From a virus (taxonomy: Duplodnaviria > Caudoviricetes): a stretch of DNA of 59,561 bases. The notes under the pieces were generated by a model. It saw only the letters and a program-made list of their open reading frames with translations. It made no database searches and had not been told where the DNA came from. This document shows positions 56,229-59,561 of this stretch, one piece after another. The DNA lies in the IMG/VR virus record IMGVR_UViG_3300034160_000048, positions 1-59,561 of that record; one strand, written 5' to 3'. Within the stretch, counting starts at the first letter, position 1, and every line of letters begins with the position of its first letter. Position numbers and translations under genes: made by a program.

Positions 56229-56651
56229 TTAATTGACTGAAGTGCTGCCCGGGGCCTGCATCGGAGGCTTCTCACCCGTGGCCACCATTTCCAGGATCTC
56301 GTTGATGACCTTCTGCTTCTCTGCCATCTCGATCGGACCACCGTTCTTGCCGGTGACTTCGATATTCTGGGCAGGGACCCACTTGGCACGGGCCTGTAGC
56401 CAGAACTTGGCCGCGTTCACATCACCCTTGAGGGCCTGCTTGAGCAGGGACCCACCGACCTTGGCGTTGGTCAGGGCGAGCCCATGCTTCAGTTCATTGA
56501 CATACGTCATCTTCACCGTGCCGGGGTCGGTCTTGAGTACGTACGCAATCTCCACTTCATCCAGCCCACAGGCGGCCATGCCTTCCACCATGTGCCGCGT
56601 CTTTGAAGTCGGTACGTGCGGGGCCACTTCGATGATTTCATGGCGGGACAT
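56229..56651 (-). CDS. terS: terminase small subunit
   Basis: HTH-like N-terminus, AAKFWLQARAKW, EVTGKNGGPIE; upstream of terL. Confidence 0.85.
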   Translation of the reverse strand: MSRHEIIEVAPHVPTSKTRHMVEGMAACGLDEVEIAYVLKTDPGTVKMTYVNELKHGLALTNAKVGGSLLKQALKGDVNAAKFWLQARAKWVPAQNIEVTGKNGGPIEMAEKQKVINEILEMVATGEKPPMQAPGSTSVN

Positions 56652-56652
56652 A

Positions 56653-57018
56653 CTATGCCTCGTACGGGGTGAGGGGGACGGAATCGGCGGGGGCGCAATT
56701 CACGGAAGCATTGTAAAAGGGGCTCGGGGCGAGGGAAGTGTGAAACCCGACCCCAGACGGGTTGGACATCGACATCACCACAGTGGGAACATCCAGACGA
56801 CCCGTGGCACACGTGAACGGACTCACCCAAGGGGCTACAGGGGAGATGGGGGCAGCCGGGGGATAGGGCCAGTTCGGAACAAGGGGCGGGATGACCGGCT
56901 CTGTCTGCATGCTGCGGGCGCGCTCCAAAATCGCGGCGGCGTGCTGCTTGGTGATCGGCTGCTGACCGATGCCCTCGATTAACCCCTCGAGCCATGCGAC
57001 GTATTGCAGTGGAGTCAT
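56653..57018 (-). CDS. hypothetical Pro-rich protein
   Basis: MTP.QYV.WL.G..E N-terminus; coupled to neighbours. Confidence 0.6.
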   Translation of the reverse strand: MTPLQYVAWLEGLIEGIGQQPITKQHAAAILERARSMQTEPVIPPLVPNWPYPPAAPISPVAPWVSPFTCATGRLDVPTVVMSMSNPSGVGFHTSLAPSPFYNASVNCAPADSVPLTPYEA

Positions 57019-57194
57019 GGCGTGGGACCCAAGTCGGTGTACGGCTGCTCGATGACAATACGCGAGGAACAGACGTCACACGTAAAGATTGTGGAGATGG
57101 AGGTGGGGGGACCCGGGGCAACTTCGGCTGAAGTTGGCTTCATGTCGAAAGCCCCGTCCCAGCCATGGGAGATGATGCACGTGGGACACTTCAT
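57015..57194 (-). CDS. small Zn-ribbon protein
   Basis: GAGG RBS, MKCPTC...CDVC, ATGA coupling. Confidence 0.55.
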   Translation of the reverse strand: MKCPTCIISHGWDGAFDMKPTSAEVAPGPPTSISTIFTCDVCSSRIVIEQPYTDLGPTP

Positions 57195-57354
57195 GTCAAA
57201 TTCCTCAAAGCGACATGTGCCGGGGGACCCAAGAAGGACCGCGAAAGCCAAGGTTACAGGTCGAATACTCATGGCCCTCGGTAGCCCCCCCAGCGATGGG
57301 ACCCGGCGGTCGTCGCTCGTTTTCGGTTGTGCAGTTTCTTTAACGCTCCTCGGC

Positions 57355-57383
57355 ATCTTACCACAGCGTGGCCCTCGGCACAA
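57355..57383 (-). promoter_or_regulatory. leftward promoter for packaging/structural operon
   Basis: TTGTGC-17 nt-TAAGAT with TGn. Confidence 0.6.
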
Positions 57384-57399
57384 GTCCTTCCTCCCCCGA

Positions 57400-58620
57400 T
57401 GACCGACCTGTGGTTACTCCCCTCCATCGGGCAACCCCCGTGCCAAATCGTCGATTGTGCAACGCACAACCCACGACCACGGCCACGGGTCGGTTGTTGC
57501 CGGGTTACCACAAGGGTTGTGGTAAGAGGGCAACGCAACCACGACCACAGGGCGGGCGTTGCTTGGCACGCGTCTTGCCCCCCACGACCGACGTACACGA
57601 CCGAAGGACGGACGCCCCGGGGCACGGGCCTTGCCGCCCCCTCCCCACGTGCCTTGCCGCAGGACGGACAACCCTTGGCACGGGGCTTGCCACAACCGAC
57701 CGGGGGCAGGGAGAGGGCTCTTGGTGCACCGCAACACGGACCGAGGGCCGGGCGTTGCACAGGAACGAGGGGGTACGAGGGGGAACACGGGGCACTTGGC
57801 ACGTAGCTTGCCGGGTTGTGAGTGTCTCGTGGTGCCTCCCGTACCCCCACGGGGGGGGGGTCGCCACCTGCAGGGGAGGTCGTGAAGGAGACTCTCCCCC
57901 CCAGCAGCCAGCGTGTCTTCGTCCCCTCCCCCCCTCCCGGGGGTGTCCGGGGTACCCGTCGTGTCTCACACCGGTCCCCGTCGTGTCGCACGTGTTCCCC
58001 TGCTCGTCCCACTCGGCAGGGGGGGTCCGGCACGTGTGCCCCCTCGTACCTCGCGTTCCCCTCGGACGACTCTGCAGGGGAGGGTGGAGTACAGCCGGAG
58101 GGGAACGAGGGGGTACGGGCCGGGAACGGCTGGGGGTGAGTACACCGCGACCCCTCCACGCGTTCCCTCACAACCTACTTGACACCGGGCCCTCGGCGTG
58201 CCTCCCCCTCTCGGGCCTCTCCTCGAATACTTGACGCCGCCCTCAGGTTGTGCGTACCCCTCTCGGACGACCGCAGGATGGTCGTTCTCCCGTGCCTCCG
58301 GTTGTCACGGGCGGACTGGCCCGCTACTACTGTGGGGATCCCCCTGCAGCCCTCTCCCGCGGCCTCCGGTTGTCTTCGAGAACCTGATGACCGCACGATG
58401 GTCGTTCCCGCATCCTACACTTGACAACCGCAGGACGGTTGTACGCACCGCACACAGCTCGGCCTGTGCCCGCTGGCACGCTGTGTGCCAAGCCTACCGC
58501 TCGTCGGCTGGCGCTTGACAGCCTGTACAGTCTGTGCTACGCGTGCGCGCGCTCCTTCTCTGTGCGCGTCCCCGGGCCCTGTCCGCAGGACGGTTGTGCC
58601 CGCTGCCACCGCCCGAAACT
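57400..58620. repeat. repeat-rich non-coding region between divergent operons (possible genome end / packaging / control region)
   Basis: ACRACC-N7-GGTYGT palindromes, TTACCACAA-GGG-TTGTGGTAA, GGAACGAGGGGGTACG x2, CTTGAC x5, G10 run. Confidence 0.7.
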
Positions 58621-58622
58621 AC

Positions 58623-58651
58623 TTGACCCCCACCCCAGCCCGTGGTACAAT
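58623..58651 (+). promoter_or_regulatory. strong early sigma70-type promoter
   Basis: TTGACC-17 nt-TACAAT with TGn. Confidence 0.8.
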
Positions 58652-58708
58652 GGTCGTGTTGGGGGGCGCAGTGCTCCCCGTGCCGACCAACCAATAGAGG
58701 ATAGCCAA

Positions 58709-59257
58709 GTGAACGCAACCCAGACCCAGACCACGCCCGTTGCGACCCCGGCTGCAGCCGTCGTCGCTGCCGCCCTCAACGCCAAGCCCGCTGCCCGCGC
58801 CGCGCAGTCCCCGGCCGAGCGCAAGATCGCGAAGGCCGCGAAGGCCCTTGAGCGCGCCGAGGCCAAGGCCCGCATCTCGGCCCGCAAGGCCGCCGACAAG
58901 GCCGCCCGTGCCGCCCGGAAGGCCGCCGCGAAGGCCGCGAAGCCTGCCCATGCCCCCAAGGCCAAGCGCGACCCCAACGCGCCACTGATCAAGCGGATCG
59001 GGGACACGCGCCACGACCTCAGCCGCTACCAGTCAGCCAAGTCGGCCTCCGGCAACGCGTCGCTCGACTGCGGCGACAGCCTCGCGGTCAAGCTGCGCGG
59101 CCTCAGCCTCGACGACGTCTACAAGCTGGCGTCCAAGGAACTGCGCGAGCCGCAGACCGCCCTGCGTGCCAAGTACGCCCACCTGAACGTGGGAATGCAG
59201 CGCATGAACCTCGGCAACCGCATCCGTGGCGCGATGGCCGAGGGCACCGAGGAGTAA
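58709..59257 (+). CDS. histone H1-like Ala/Lys-rich putative DNA-binding protein, paralogue of 4200-4784
   Basis: GAGGA RBS before GTG 58709; KAAKA repeats; YAHLNVGMQRMNLGNRIR. Confidence 0.8.
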   Translation: MNATQTQTTPVATPAAAVVAAALNAKPAARAAQSPAERKIAKAAKALERAEAKARISARKAADKAARAARKAAAKAAKPAHAPKAKRDPNAPLIKRIGDTRHDLSRYQSAKSASGNASLDCGDSLAVKLRGLSLDDVYKLASKELREPQTALRAKYAHLNVGMQRMNLGNRIRGAMAEGTEE

Positions 59258-59266
59258 GCACCAGCA

Positions 59267-59330
59267 GGCCGAAACTCCCGCCCGCCCTCGGGGCGGGAGT
59301 CCGCAGGTGAGTTCCTGCGCTGACGAGGAC
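59267..59330 (+). ncRNA. type II hammerhead ribozyme
   Basis: C-GAAA (59270-74), stem III ACTCCCGCCC/GGGCGGGAGT, cleavage triplet GTC (C59301), stem I CGCAGG/CCTGCG, CTGACGA-G core (59320-27). Confidence 0.8.
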
Positions 59331-59366
59331 AGCGAAGAGCTGTTCGCCTCTTACTAGGAGCAAGAC

Positions 59367-59561
59367 ATGACCCCCATCAACAAGCAATACACGCAGGAGT
59401 TCCTCGATGCCCTGCGCCGCGTCTGCCACCAGTACGGGCACACCGAGCACGAGGTGCGCTTCATTCTCGGTGCCGAGGCGCTGATCGAGGAGAACGCAGC
59501 AGTAAACGAGGAGGACGACGACCCCGAGTCGCTGGCCTGCTCGACTTTCACGCAGATGGAC
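59367..59561 (+). CDS. hypothetical early protein, 3'-truncated
   Basis: AGGAG RBS, ATG 59367, open to window end (MTPINKQYTQEFLDAL...). Confidence 0.65.
   Translation, partial: MTPINKQYTQEFLDALRRVCHQYGHTEHEVRFILGAEALIEENAAVNEEDDDPESLACSTFTQMD

Noticed and set aside
57269-58518. Several 100-300 aa ORFs in the divergent intergenic region
   Set aside because: Pro/Arg/Gly low-complexity translations of repeats with no RBS or recognisable domain.
58260-58600. CRISPR-like mini-array
   Set aside because: Repeats are short (~19 nt), degenerate and irregularly spaced, and no cas genes are present.
1-59561. tRNA genes, integrase/repressor, introns or inteins
   Set aside because: No cloverleaf, recombinase motif, split gene or intein signature was recognised by eye; a tRNAscan/HMM run would be needed to exclude them formally.

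Overview
This window is most of the genome of a GC-rich, apparently lytic, podovirus-like tailed phage; no integrase or repressor is seen. The + strand (1-16.4 kb and 58.7-59.6 kb) carries small early genes and a replication module: DEDDh exonuclease, PD-(D/E)XK nuclease, AEP primase, SNF2 and UvrD helicases, and an SSB-like protein. This module ends in a complete 2-aminoadenine (Z-genome) cassette: DpoZ-like PolA, PurZ, a MazZ/DUF550-like pyrophosphohydrolase and the DatZ HD hydrolase. The - strand (57.2 to 16.2 kb) carries TerS, TerL, portal, GroES-like protein, scaffold, capsid, a giant Ser/Thr/Gly-rich repeat fibre, a glycosyltransferase/RmlB/methyltransferase trio, tail genes, a lysis cassette and large ejection proteins. 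The main observations are five. (1) PurZ has a GTP-type T-F-x-D motif instead of N-F-x-N. (2) A type II hammerhead ribozyme lies between two early genes. (3) Ejection proteins are built from cassettes delimited by xAxGG motifs, one being a probable Q-x-E ADP-ribosyltransferase. (4) There is a probable virion-glycosylation system. (5) A structured intergenic element follows the SSB gene, and a palindrome/promoter array occupies the 57.3-58.7 kb non-coding region. All family calls come from reading motifs by eye; no database search was run.
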